Source: an uncultured Bacteroidales bacterium
GTDB taxonomy: Bacteria; Bacteroidota; Bacteroidia; Bacteroidales; VadinHA17
Length of the DNA stretch: 64,000 nt
Assembly: GCA_963701745.1 (NCBI GenBank)
Contig: CAVPBE010000003.1
Location: 149,361 to 213,360 of the forward strand
Reading direction: 5' to 3'
Shown here: piece after piece, positions 34,226-44,536 of the stretch
Position numbering within the stretch: the first letter of the stretch is position 1
Layout of the letters: each line of letters begins with the position of its first letter
Position numbers and translations under genes: made by a program
Notes under the pieces: model-generated
The model's database searches: none
Seen by the model: the letters and a program-made list of their open reading frames with translations, nothing else
Told to the model about the DNA's origin: nothing

Positions 34226-35398
34226 CTATTTAAACTGATGTTTTATACTTTCATCCAGATATGGATGATTCGAAGGTATTATTTTTGCTTTACTTAGAGA
34301 AATTGCAACTACTAAAGAAAATAATCCCGCAAATCCCAGGAATAAACCACCTTCAATCAATCCAAATCTTAATATCCCGGTTGTTCCCGGAATCACCTGA
34401 ACAAAAAGGTCGAGGTACTGGCCGATCACAAGGAATAAAATAACAGCCGTAATCACAGTCATATTCCTGCTGGTCTTTACCGGAAGCAAAATTAGGAACG
34501 GGATCGCCCAGTTAATAATTATCTCGAGAAAAAACAGGACTTTCCATCCATCCTTCCAGCGAACGAAATAATAGACTGTCTCTTCAGGAATATTTCCGTA
34601 CCAGATTATCATGAACTGGGCAAACCAGAAGTAACCCCATACTATAGAAAGCATGAAAATATATCGGGCAAAGTCGTGCATATGATATTTATTAAGAAAA
34701 GGGAAATACCCCCTTTTGTAAAGAATAAATACTATAAGTGTTATGATCGAGACTCCATGCAGAAAGGAGGCTACCAGATTTTTTAATGCGAAAATAGTAC
34801 TATACCAGTGTACATCAATGGACATTATCCAGTCAAAGGCTGAAAGGGAAAAGGTAATTGCAAAAATGAAAATAAATATTTTTGAGTATAGCTCGCGTTT
34901 AGAGAATAAAACCATTATGGTTTCCGGACCAGCCAGATCCTCCTGCAGGGAATTTTTTCTTAATAACCGGGTCAAAAAGATCCATAGAATAAAAAAGAAT
35001 ATCATCCTCAGGAAGAAAAACGGAGCATTCAGGAATACCGATTTATGCTGCAATATGGGATCAAGGGGAACTGACTCTTTGTGAGACCAATGATAAAGAT
35101 CATGCCTTCCAAAATAGAGAAGTAAAAAGAAAACCGCAGCAAATGGGATATAAGCCATCATAGCCTCAGGAATACGACTGAATGCAGCAGACCATCCCGA
35201 CTGTGAAATACTCTGAAGCACAAGAAAGAAAGTACCTCCCATCGCCAATGATAAAAAATAGTAATTAACAATCAGGTAATTAGCCCAGGTTCTCTTCGGA
35301 TCAGAAATAAGACCAAGAAGAAAGGTACCTGCACCAATGAATATGAATGTCAGGAAGATTATTCTGAAGGTTTTGGATACGTTTGATTGCTCCTTCAT
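34226..35398 (-). CDS. actF: Alternative complex III subunit ActF (membrane, NrfD-like)
   Basis: 390-aa polytopic membrane ORF occupying the last position of the act cluster. Confidence 0.75.
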   Translation of the reverse strand: MKEQSNVSKTFRIIFLTFIFIGAGTFLLGLISDPKRTWANYLIVNYYFLSLAMGGTFFLVLQSISQSGWSAAFSRIPEAMMAYIPFAAVFFLLLYFGRHDLYHWSHKESVPLDPILQHKSVFLNAPFFFLRMIFFFILWIFLTRLLRKNSLQEDLAGPETIMVLFSKRELYSKIFIFIFAITFSLSAFDWIMSIDVHWYSTIFALKNLVASFLHGVSIITLIVFILYKRGYFPFLNKYHMHDFARYIFMLSIVWGYFWFAQFMIIWYGNIPEETVYYFVRWKDGWKVLFFLEIIINWAIPFLILLPVKTSRNMTVITAVILFLVIGQYLDLFVQVIPGTTGILRFGLIEGGLFLGFAGLFSLVVAISLSKAKIIPSNHPYLDESIKHQFK

Positions 35399-35454
35399 TA
35401 CTTTATTTTTTTATATCAAAAATGCTCTGTCAACCACCTAATTACTATCACCGA

Positions 35455-36066
35455 CTATTCTCCTTCCTTATCAACAGGTGAAATTCCCCTCAGGTCGGCC
35501 TGAAGTCCCCTGATATAAAGAACCACTTTCCATCTGTCTTCAATCCTTATCTGTGATCCATGTGCTCCCATTGATCCAAATCCCAGTGTTATACTATGAA
35601 AAATTTCTCCGTCTTTAAGATTATCTGAAGTATTGTCTGTAAGATTGCGGGGTCTTAAAGGGTAGAGTCCGCTGGCAAAAAGAAGGCCATCACCTTCACC
35701 CTTATCACCATGACATCCGGCACAAAATGTTGAATAGACCGCTTTCCCTCTTAACAACGCTTCGGTTGTCGGGGATTCAGGATTTATGAGCTCTTTCCCC
35801 GCAAGTATGCGTGATTCCGGATCAATTGTATAATTGAAGGGAGTAATATCACGGGGAACAGTTCCGGTGACAGGGACTCTCATAGTCAAACCATCTTTGA
35901 AATTCGGATTTTTTGTAAAAGTCTCATAGGCAGTGGAATAAAACATATCCGGAAAATAATCCCATCCAGGATTATTCCGGTTCCTGTCGCAACTGATAAG
36001 AATTACTGCAAATAGGAGCAAAAAAGCTGCTCTGCAAATTTTTCCGGATAAATAGCTATTTTTCAT
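35455..36066 (-). CDS. actE: Alternative complex III monoheme cytochrome c lipoprotein ActE
   Basis: 203-aa ORF with the lipobox LISC and a single CAGCH motif. It overlaps actD by 4 nt. Confidence 0.8.
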   Translation of the reverse strand: MKNSYLSGKICRAAFLLLFAVILISCDRNRNNPGWDYFPDMFYSTAYETFTKNPNFKDGLTMRVPVTGTVPRDITPFNYTIDPESRILAGKELINPESPTTEALLRGKAVYSTFCAGCHGDKGEGDGLLFASGLYPLRPRNLTDNTSDNLKDGEIFHSITLGFGSMGAHGSQIRIEDRWKVVLYIRGLQADLRGISPVDKEGE

Positions 36067-36596
36067 GCATTTACATTTTCAAACTCTTTATCAATTACTT
36101 CAACGGCGCCTTGTTCTTTCATCAGACTCGCGATTTGCTCGGATTTTGAACTATTGAGGATATCCGTATTCACAACTATCACAAATTTATCATCAGTTGC
36201 CCGGTGATCAAAGATTGTGTTTTCCCTGCCGGGAATTAGCTTCGACCGCGCTGAAAAGGCTGCAAGGCTTGCGATAGTAACTGTAAAAATTGTAAGGACG
36301 ATTGTAACAACAATAAATGATGGGAATGAGTTGAAGGGCTTCCCGCCATAGACAATTGGCCAGTTAATGACTGAGGTATAATATAAGAATGAAAGCACGG
36401 CAATAATCGCGAACAAACCGAAAAAGTATGCAGCCGTTGGAAGTCTTGATTTCCGTTTCAGCAAATGAAATACCTCATGCACGGGATAAGGAGTAAATAC
36501 TTCATAAATCTTAAATTTCTTTTCCTGCAGCGATCTGATGGAGGAAATAAATTTTTCCTCTTCATCGAAAACTCCTATTTTGAAAGTTCTGTTCAT
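36063..36596 (-). CDS. actD: Alternative complex III subunit ActD (DUF3341)
   Basis: 177-aa ORF with two central TM segments, lying between actC and actE. Confidence 0.75.
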   Translation of the reverse strand: MNRTFKIGVFDEEEKFISSIRSLQEKKFKIYEVFTPYPVHEVFHLLKRKSRLPTAAYFFGLFAIIAVLSFLYYTSVINWPIVYGGKPFNSFPSFIVVTIVLTIFTVTIASLAAFSARSKLIPGRENTIFDHRATDDKFVIVVNTDILNSSKSEQIASLMKEQGAVEVIDKEFENVNA

Positions 36597-36608
36597 AACT
36601 GAACCTCG

Positions 36609-37969
36609 TTAATCATCTATTTTATTCCCAATATGAGCCACACTCTTCACTTCACTGACAGCCATTAAAGGTATATACCGGAAGAAAAGCAATATACCTG
36701 CGGCGAATAACCCCAGAGTTCCTACATAAACACCTATTTCGATATAAGTCGGATTATATGAAACCCAGTTAGACGGCAGGAAGTCTTTACTGAGAGTTGT
36801 TACAACTATATTGAACCTTTCAAACCACATTCCAAGGTTAATGAAAAGAGAAACTAACAGCAGTCCCACCCAGCTTCGTCTGACTTTCCTGAACCAGAAA
36901 AGCTGAGGGATCAATGCATTACATATTATCATCGCCCAGAACTGGAAGGTATAATCGCCTGTAATTCTATTACGGAAAAATGTAAACATTTCATATTCAT
37001 TACCCGAGTACCATGCAATAAAGACCTCGGTTGAATATGCAGTTCCCATAATAAGTGAAATAAAAATAAGTATCCTGGCTATAGCATCCATGTGATTATC
37101 AGTAATGTAATCTGTAAGCTTGTAAACTTTTCTTACAATAACCATAAGAGTCATAACCATTGCAAATCCTGAGAAGATGGCACCGACAACAAAGTAGGGG
37201 GAAAAAGGGTTGTGTGCCACCCCGGTTCTATTCCGACTGCAAAGTCAGTTGAAACAATTGAGTGAACGGAGACAACAAGCACAGCAGCTATACCCCCAAG
37301 GATAAAACTAAGAGATTCAAACCTTACCCAATGATGACTCGAGCCTGTCCATCCCATGCCAAAGAAAGCATAAATAGCTTTTTTGATTTTCGATTTTGTC
37401 CTGTCGCGGACAGTTGCAAAATCAGGTAACATACCAAGGTACCAGAAAGAGATTGAGATCAGAAGGTATGCAGTAATGGCAATAAAATCCCAGAAAAGAG
37501 GGGAATTGAAATTCACCCATAACGGACCACGGGTATTAGGGTAAGGAAAAATGTAAAAAGCAAGCCATACACGTCCCATATGTAACGCTGGGAAAAGTGC
37601 TGCTAGCATTACAGCAATTACGGTCATTGCTTCAGCTGCCCTGTTAATCGATGTCCTCCACCTTTGCCTGAGGATAAGGAGGAATATCGAGAATGCTGTT
37701 CCGGCATGTCCGATACCTACCCACCATACAAAATTGACAATTTCCCAACCCCATCCAACTGAATTATTTACTCCCCAGGTTCCTATTCCCTGAGAAACTG
37801 TTATATAAATAGCATAAAAGCCAAATAACGCAGCTATGGATGAAATGCCAAAAGCAACTGACCACCATAATCCGGGAGTGGTTTCCATTGGGGCAAGTAT
37901 CTCTTTTGAAATCTGATTGAATGTCTTATTCCCCTCAACAAGTGGTCCTCTGATTTTCCTGTTATACAT
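36609..37969 (-). pseudogene. actC: Alternative complex III quinol-interacting subunit ActC (NrfD/PsrC-like), split by a 1-nt frameshift
   Basis: Two overlapping ORFs (37151-37969 and 36609-37220) lie in different frames and total about 475 aa. The junction reads GWHTTLFPP / PYFVVGAIFSGFAMV across a T5C5 run (plus-strand G5 at 37197-37201). Confidence 0.8.
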
Positions 37970-37984
37970 CGACTTTCAGACTAT

Positions 37985-40951
37985 TTATGATTTTGATTCT
38001 TCATCGTTCCAGACTTTAGTAAGGTACCCTATTGACGGAAGGGTGTGTAACTCTTCCAGCAAATGGTAACGTCTTGGATTTTCAAATAATCCGGATACTT
38101 TACTGTTCTTGTCATTCAGATTCCCAAAGATGATAGCTTCTGCCGGGCATGCCTGCATGCAAGCAGTTTTTATTTCGTTATCTTTCAGGGTCCTGTTTTC
38201 CAGTTTAGCCAGTAATTTTTTCTCCTGAATCCGTTGTACACAGAAAGAACATTTTTCCACTACTCCCCTCTCTCTTACAGTTACATCCGGATTTAAAACC
38301 ATTTTACCAAGATCTGATGCTGTATTAAAATCAAATGCTTTATTGTTAGTATACCTGAACCAATTAAACCTTCTCACTTTATACGGGCAGTTATTTATGC
38401 AATATTTGGTCCCGATACAACGATTGTAGGTCATCTGGTTCAAGCCTTCACTACTGTGGTTGGTGGCTGAAACCGGACAAACGTTTTCACATGGTGCATT
38501 ATCGCAGTGCTGGCATGTAAGCGGCTGGAAGTAAACCTTCGGATCATCAGGAGTATCTGAATAGTACCTGTCAATCTTCATCCAGTGCATTATCCTTCTA
38601 CGCCTTACTTCTTCCCTGCCCACAACAGGAATATTGTTCTCTGCCTGGCAGGCTATAACACAGGAATTGCATCCAACACAAGAATTAAGGTCTATTGCAA
38701 GGCCCCAGTGAAAACCATCATACTTCACTTCGGGATAAAGAGTTTTGTGTTTTGATTCATATTCTTCATGAAGCTCATTACCTGATGCGGGGTTAGTTTT
38801 ATATTTGCTGAGAACAGTTTCTCTTACAATAGGTCTTCCTTCCATGGAATGATGGACCTGGGTCAGAGCTAACTGGCTTTGCTTCAATGTATTTTCTACT
38901 TTATTGGTGATAAATCCGTAAACCCGGTTTTCTCCAATTATTCTGATAAAGGGATAAACATTTATACCCACATTATTTGCAACCGGCCCGGAGTTTGTAT
39001 GTCCGTAACCCAGAGCAACCGAGACTGTACCTTCAGCCTGGCCGGGCTGAATAAATGCAGGAAGAGTCAGCCCATCTGCAAGCTTAATCAAATGTCCGGT
39101 CTGAATACCCAGATTGGCCGCATCAGCAGGCGAAACAGCAGCCACGTTGTCCCAGCAATGGCGTGATACAGGATCAGGCAATTCCATTAACCAGGGATTA
39201 TTGGCATGCATACCATTTCCAAGAGCAACACTCTCGTGGAAAACAATTTCAAACCCGTCTATACCAGTATTCACTAAGGTATTCATGGCCCTTGCCAGCC
39301 CTTCCTTATTAAACAAAGCCGGTTTATTGTCTGCGATATCGTAGCTGAATACCCCATTCCCAAGGCTTAAATCCCAGAAATTCCTGAATCCTGACAGGTT
39401 TGACTTCGGGAAATACTCCTTTTCCCAGTTTGCCATCAAATATTCGTGCCATGAAATTGAAATTCCGGACCATTTTAACAGCGAATCCTGAAACGAGCGA
39501 GTATTAAAAAGAGGATTAATACATGGCTGGCTCAAGCTTAGCTGCCCCGGGATAATCTCGGCATCATCCCATGATTCCAGATAGTGACTGACCGGACATT
39601 CATACCTTGCTTTCCCTACTGTTTCGTTAAGGGAACCTGTCATATTTACTGTCAGTTCTGTCTTTTTTAATCCTGATAAAAACTTTTCCGAATCAGGGTA
39701 ATCATATACTGGATTAACATTATACATAAACAATGCCTTTACCTTGCCGGCATTCAGATCGGTTACGAGCTCCTCAGCTCTGTTGTCAATACCTGCTGCT
39801 ATGTTAAGATTCCGGTTCAGGTCAATGCAATCTGCATAATTACCTAGCAGCGAGTTAATCCCGTTAACAATGATCTGAATTTCAACATTGTTTGTACCTG
39901 ACAGAACAATTGATCTGCCTTTTGATGCGAACAGGTTATCGGCAAGTTCTGTAAGATCTGCGCTGCCGGTCACCCCGGGGAATTCTTCCGCGCCGGTTTT
40001 TGCAGCAATCCTGTTATACAATTCCGCAAGAAGTGATTTTTCTTCTGAAGGTTTTATTCTTATTCTTTTGTCTGCATTACAACCGGTAAGGCTTAATCCC
40101 GACTCAAAGTGAATGTGCCGAAGCATCTTTTTCTCCTTATTATCAGGGATTCTGCGCGAGACATATTTTTGGATAAAATGAACCGGAGATACCCATGTAC
40201 CGAGAAAGTCAGCATTAACTGAAACTACATACCCTGCGTTCTGGAAATGATAATCAGGAATTACTGCCTTTCCAAAGCATAATAAATTGGCTTCCAAAAC
40301 AGCGGAATATGAAACAGCATCATATTGCACCCACCTGAAATTCCTGAATCGGGCTCCGAATTCATTTATGAGTTTAATTGTTGAGGGGGAAATTACAGTT
40401 GAGGTCAGCAAAACAATTTCACCTTCAGCTGAATTGATTCTTGCAAGATCGCTAATAATCTGTTCATCAATAGTATTCCATGAAACAGGGGAGCGATCTG
40501 ATGTCGGAAACTTCAGACGTGCATCATCATAAAGACTTAGAACTGATGCCTGTACTCTGGCTGTTGTACCCTCCCTGTTAAACGAGGATAGAATATTGCC
40601 TTCAATTTTTATTGGCCGACCATCGCGTGTTTTGACAAGAATACCAGAATATTCATGACCGTCATAAAAACTTGTTGCATAGTTTAATGATTTGCCTGGA
40701 GTAATTTCAGGCGGATGAATCAGGTATGGAATGGCTTTCTGAACCGGTCTTTTGCAGCTTGCTATTAAAGCTGCAGATGAAAGGCTAAAACCGAATACTT
40801 TCAGAAAATCTCTTCTGGAAGAATATTTCTTTAAAAAATCAGATCCAAACAATTCAAGAACCTGGTCTTTATGCGTCTCCTCACTATCAATGTCATTGCC
40901 AGCAGTGATCCCCTGAAATTCTTCGACACTTTTCCAGTATTTTTTCTTCAT
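37985..40951 (-). CDS. actB: Alternative complex III subunit ActB (molybdopterin-oxidoreductase-like domain fused to an Fe-S domain)
   Basis: 988-aa ORF with the Tat signal SRRDFLKVFGF. The C-terminal ferredoxin-type clusters are CVGCNSCVIAC, CQHCDNAPCENVCP and CIGTKYCINNCP. Confidence 0.88.
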   Translation of the reverse strand: MKKKYWKSVEEFQGITAGNDIDSEETHKDQVLELFGSDFLKKYSSRRDFLKVFGFSLSSAALIASCKRPVQKAIPYLIHPPEITPGKSLNYATSFYDGHEYSGILVKTRDGRPIKIEGNILSSFNREGTTARVQASVLSLYDDARLKFPTSDRSPVSWNTIDEQIISDLARINSAEGEIVLLTSTVISPSTIKLINEFGARFRNFRWVQYDAVSYSAVLEANLLCFGKAVIPDYHFQNAGYVVSVNADFLGTWVSPVHFIQKYVSRRIPDNKEKKMLRHIHFESGLSLTGCNADKRIRIKPSEEKSLLAELYNRIAAKTGAEEFPGVTGSADLTELADNLFASKGRSIVLSGTNNVEIQIIVNGINSLLGNYADCIDLNRNLNIAAGIDNRAEELVTDLNAGKVKALFMYNVNPVYDYPDSEKFLSGLKKTELTVNMTGSLNETVGKARYECPVSHYLESWDDAEIIPGQLSLSQPCINPLFNTRSFQDSLLKWSGISISWHEYLMANWEKEYFPKSNLSGFRNFWDLSLGNGVFSYDIADNKPALFNKEGLARAMNTLVNTGIDGFEIVFHESVALGNGMHANNPWLMELPDPVSRHCWDNVAAVSPADAANLGIQTGHLIKLADGLTLPAFIQPGQAEGTVSVALGYGHTNSGPVANNVGINVYPFIRIIGENRVYGFITNKVENTLKQSQLALTQVHHSMEGRPIVRETVLSKYKTNPASGNELHEEYESKHKTLYPEVKYDGFHWGLAIDLNSCVGCNSCVIACQAENNIPVVGREEVRRRRIMHWMKIDRYYSDTPDDPKVYFQPLTCQHCDNAPCENVCPVSATNHSSEGLNQMTYNRCIGTKYCINNCPYKVRRFNWFRYTNNKAFDFNTASDLGKMVLNPDVTVRERGVVEKCSFCVQRIQEKKLLAKLENRTLKDNEIKTACMQACPAEAIIFGNLNDKNSKVSGLFENPRRYHLLEELHTLPSIGYLTKVWNDEESKS

Positions 40952-40977
40952 AAACTACTTTTTTCGAAAATCTGCTC

Positions 40978-42132
40978 TTAATAATGGCACTTCATGCATT
41001 CTGTGCCGCCAATATCCTCGACCGTAACACTATCTGTTTCTATTTTGCCAATCTTATCTGACAGATCCCTATACTCTGCGTAAAACTTATTGTTTCGAAA
41101 ATTTACATTCTTCGTACGGTGGCAATTAATGCACCATCCCATAGTTAATTCATTTGCAAGTTTGATCCTATCTGTATTTTTAACATCGCCATGACATTCC
41201 TGGCAGCTTATTCCTCCGGCACCTGCATGCTGTCCATGGCTGAAAAAAACATGATCAGGCAGATTATATACTTTAACCCATTCAATCGACTTCAATTCCT
41301 CATAGCCTCTGATTACCTTAGCTATTTCAAATGCACCTGAACGGGTTCCGTTTCGCACCAACAGATGGCAATTCATACAGACATTCTCCGGGGGAAACCC
41401 TGCCGATTTACTGTAAGGAGCAAAACTATGACAGTAAAGACAATCTGTTCCATTCTGTCCGGCATGAACAGCATGTGAAAATTTTACAGGCTGATCAGGA
41501 GCATAACCCGGGGAATGACCAATTGCTATTGCACCTACAACAAGTGACTTAGTTATAAAAATACCAGTGAAAGTAAGCATGATGAAGTGGATCCACTGTT
41601 TTTTTATTTTTTTACTGATTATCAGATCTATGATTGAAATCAGGAATAAAATGGAAGCAATTATGAACAGGAAAAGATTCGTTAATACAGGTTTGTGTTG
41701 TTTAAGACCCATAACAGTCAGTTTATCCATATATGCTTTGATCAGTATTACCTCTTCGGCAGATAATTGAAACCCTTTGTGTACCTGTGTTAATTTTTTC
41801 CCGGCAGGACTGAGCAATACTTTGCCTAAATCAGCCGCACTTTTATCCAGGTACTTTTTCGAAATTTCCAAAGCGTCAGGATTCCAGTTTAAAGTGTCAG
41901 ATACCCGTGTATTGTGACAACTGGCACAATTTACGGATTTATTCTCCGGGTATACCAGACCATAGAAAAGTCTTTCCCCCCTGATTAGGGCTTCTGTGTC
42001 AGAAATTTTCTGTTTAAAGATTGTGGAATCTTGCTCTTGTATATTATTTGAGAAGACTGGATTTATAATAACCGCCAGGAAAACAGAAAGCAATATGTAC
42101 CTCAATTTTTCTACAGGAAAAGAATTGCGCAT
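40978..42132 (-). CDS. actA: Alternative complex III multiheme cytochrome c ActA with an extra N-terminal monoheme domain
   Basis: Six CxxCH motifs are present: CASCH, CLYCH, CMNCH, CQECH, CINCH and CMKCH. There are three TM segments. The ATG at 42132 is preferred to the TTG at 42135. Confidence 0.82.
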   Translation of the reverse strand: MRNSFPVEKLRYILLSVFLAVIINPVFSNNIQEQDSTIFKQKISDTEALIRGERLFYGLVYPENKSVNCASCHNTRVSDTLNWNPDALEISKKYLDKSAADLGKVLLSPAGKKLTQVHKGFQLSAEEVILIKAYMDKLTVMGLKQHKPVLTNLFLFIIASILFLISIIDLIISKKIKKQWIHFIMLTFTGIFITKSLVVGAIAIGHSPGYAPDQPVKFSHAVHAGQNGTDCLYCHSFAPYSKSAGFPPENVCMNCHLLVRNGTRSGAFEIAKVIRGYEELKSIEWVKVYNLPDHVFFSHGQHAGAGGISCQECHGDVKNTDRIKLANELTMGWCINCHRTKNVNFRNNKFYAEYRDLSDKIGKIETDSVTVEDIGGTECMKCHY

Positions 42133-42474
42133 CAATAGTAAATTTTCTAATATTTATACTTAATGATCAGAATTAAGCTAAAACTCCCAACAAAATCCAT
42201 CCAACTCAAAAATATGAAAAGGAATAAAATTATTAGAATTAATCCCGGAATTATTTCTTTCAAACTGATATTTAACATCCTCATCCGGCATTCTGATATT
42301 TCTTTTCATTTTAGAGGAGTCTCTTTTAGGCATAATTTTACCTAAAATAGTGTTTTAAAGGTCAGAATAGACTAATTTCAAGCATTTTACAGGTTGACTT
42401 CTTCCCATATTCGAATTTTATTATAATTTTTTTAGCTGTTGATCGTTTATCTTGTATATAAATAATAACTGGAT

Positions 42475-43296
42475 ATGAAAAAGCTAATTTCAATTTCTCT
42501 TGTAGTGTTACTTTCAGTCGTTCTAATGAACAGCTGCAAAAAAGATAAAGGCGATCCTCCGGTTTTGCCGCCTTCTGAATCTATGACAATTGACTTCAGC
42601 AATTTTGATTCCGGCAAAAAAGGAGATGGCTCAATTTCAATTCCCAAAGGAACCCAAACCAGTAATTGGGAGTTTGCCGCAGGGGCGGCCATGTTGTTTA
42701 ACGCTGTAATTTATACTACTCTCGCAGTTCCCGTATACTCATTTCAGGTGGCAACTGAGCAGAAAGCTGTATATGTAGATAACAGTACCTGGCAGTGGAC
42801 CGGTAATGCCACTCTGCTAAGCGTAACATACACTGCTCGGCTCACAGGTCAGATAACGACATCAAATGTCGTATGGAAAATGTACATAACAAAAGAGGGG
42901 ACAGGTGGTTTTACCGATTTCCTGTGGTTTGAAGGGACTTCTGCACTTGACGGTAAATCAGGACAATGGAAACTATATGAAAGCCAGCAGAATCCGGGGG
43001 AGATTGTCAGAATCGACTGGACAGTTGCCGGCAGCATTATTGGCTCAGTCAAATATACATATACAAAGGCTGGAAATGCATTTGCCAACAGTTATATTGA
43101 GTACGGACTGACAACCGGCGCATTAAATGCATACTATACAATCTCTTACTATAATGCCCAGTATGAACAATTCTTTGATATGAATGTTCTCTGGAGCACA
43201 ACACTGCGAAATGGCAAGGTAAAATGCCTGAAATTCTTTGGGACTTCTGATTTTTACTGCTGGGACGGTAACTATTTGAATGTGACCTGTCAGTGA
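42475..43296 (+). CDS. Hypothetical lipoprotein
   Basis: 273-aa ORF with the lipobox LMNSC and a beta-rich, Thr/Tyr/Trp-rich sequence with no motif I recognise. It is followed by a terminator. Confidence 0.6.
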   Translation: MKKLISISLVVLLSVVLMNSCKKDKGDPPVLPPSESMTIDFSNFDSGKKGDGSISIPKGTQTSNWEFAAGAAMLFNAVIYTTLAVPVYSFQVATEQKAVYVDNSTWQWTGNATLLSVTYTARLTGQITTSNVVWKMYITKEGTGGFTDFLWFEGTSALDGKSGQWKLYESQQNPGEIVRIDWTVAGSIIGSVKYTYTKAGNAFANSYIEYGLTTGALNAYYTISYYNAQYEQFFDMNVLWSTTLRNGKVKCLKFFGTSDFYCWDGNYLNVTCQ

Positions 43297-43340
43297 TATC
43301 ATAAATGCTGCAATAGGAAAATAGACTTTAAGATGGAATA

Positions 43341-43375
43341 AAATACCCTCCGTTTTTAGCGGGGGGTATTTTTAT
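43341..43375 (+). terminator. Intrinsic terminator of the lipoprotein gene
   Basis: The stem pairs ataccctccg (43343-43352) with cggggggtat (43360-43369), with one G-T wobble, and is followed by a T-run. Confidence 0.65.
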
Positions 43376-43421
43376 CACCAATTTTTACTATTTTTCGCCC
43401 CTAAAATAAAATTGGACAATA

Positions 43422-44030
43422 ATGTCGACAGGGAAAAAGGCAGTACTTTTTATTTTTCTAATCCTGATTGCTGACCAGATTCTGAAATTATGGGTCAAAA
43501 CTCATATGGTCCTTGGACAGGAAATACATATTTTCGGTAACTGGGGTCTGCTTCATTTTATTGAAAACAACGGAATGGCATTCGGAATGGAAATGGGCGG
43601 CAAAACCGGAAAAATAATACTGAGTCTCTTCCGGATCATCGCCATTTCAGGTATCGCCTGGTTCCTGAACTCCCTCATAAAGAAAAAATCATACACCGGG
43701 CTGATCATTGCAGTCAGTGCCATACTTGCGGGTGCAATTGGAAACATTATCGACAGCGCTTTTTATGGAATGATCTTTAGTGAAAGCTACAGCCAGCCTG
43801 CCGTCATATTTGGTCCTGAAGGAGGTTACTCCTCCTTTCTGCTGGGAAGGGTGGTCGATATGTTTTATTTTCCTGTTATTAACACCACCTGGCCCGACTG
43901 GTCACCTTTCAGGCCGGGGGAATCGCTTGTATTTTTTCGTCCGGTATTCAATATTGCTGATTCTGCAATAACCTGCGGTGTACTTGCAATAGTGATTTTC
44001 CAGAAGAAAATGTTCAGGGACCTGAAATAA
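43422..44030 (+). CDS. lspA: Lipoprotein signal peptidase II
   Basis: 202-aa ORF with the motifs NNGMAFG and FNIADSAI. Confidence 0.88.
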   Translation: MSTGKKAVLFIFLILIADQILKLWVKTHMVLGQEIHIFGNWGLLHFIENNGMAFGMEMGGKTGKIILSLFRIIAISGIAWFLNSLIKKKSYTGLIIAVSAILAGAIGNIIDSAFYGMIFSESYSQPAVIFGPEGGYSSFLLGRVVDMFYFPVINTTWPDWSPFRPGESLVFFRPVFNIADSAITCGVLAIVIFQKKMFRDLK

Positions 44031-44105
44031 AATCAGTTGCCATGTGCTTGTTGATTGCTGCTAATTGTCCTTTCAACAATTAAAAAACAGTCGCTGGAAT
44101 GAGGT

Positions 44106-44402
44106 TTACCGGCAACAATCTCCGATACAATTCAGAAGGGTAACAATACTTTCATGTTTCAGATAATAAAATGTGTTTTTCCCTTCACGCTTCGATCCCA
44201 AAACTCCTTTGTCCTTTAATATTCCAAGATGATGAGATGCTGTTGACTGTTCAATTCCGATCAGATTGTGTATCTCGGTAACACTCTTCCATTTACCTGG
44301 TTCAAGACAGCCAATAATTGATATCCTGACAGGGTGTGCCATCGCCTTCAGCATTCCTGCTGCTTTTTCGAGATGCTCCGGATTCAAGCTTTTTATTTCC
44401 AT
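44106..44402 (-). CDS. ArsR/SmtB family transcriptional regulator
   Basis: 98-aa winged-HTH ORF (LKAMAHPVRISIIGCL ... QSTASHHLGILK) with C-terminal Cys residues CIGDCC. Confidence 0.8.
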   Translation of the reverse strand: MEIKSLNPEHLEKAAGMLKAMAHPVRISIIGCLEPGKWKSVTEIHNLIGIEQSTASHHLGILKDKGVLGSKREGKNTFYYLKHESIVTLLNCIGDCCR

Positions 44403-44536
44403 TAATCCTAATTTTCTTTCAACAAATATATTACAATTTTTGCTGAAAGGCTTGCAACAATAGTTTTACAATGTCCTTGCAAATTTAAAAAATAACATTT
44501 AATACCTATTTTAGTATATTTGACGAAAATCCTTTG

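Noticed and set aside
42163-42345. A 60-aa plus-strand ORF in the actA upstream region
   Set aside because: It is a K/I/N-rich low-complexity translation of AT-rich DNA. It points away from any operon context, and the opposite-strand 51-codon ORF is the more protein-like reading (reported as a low-interest finding).
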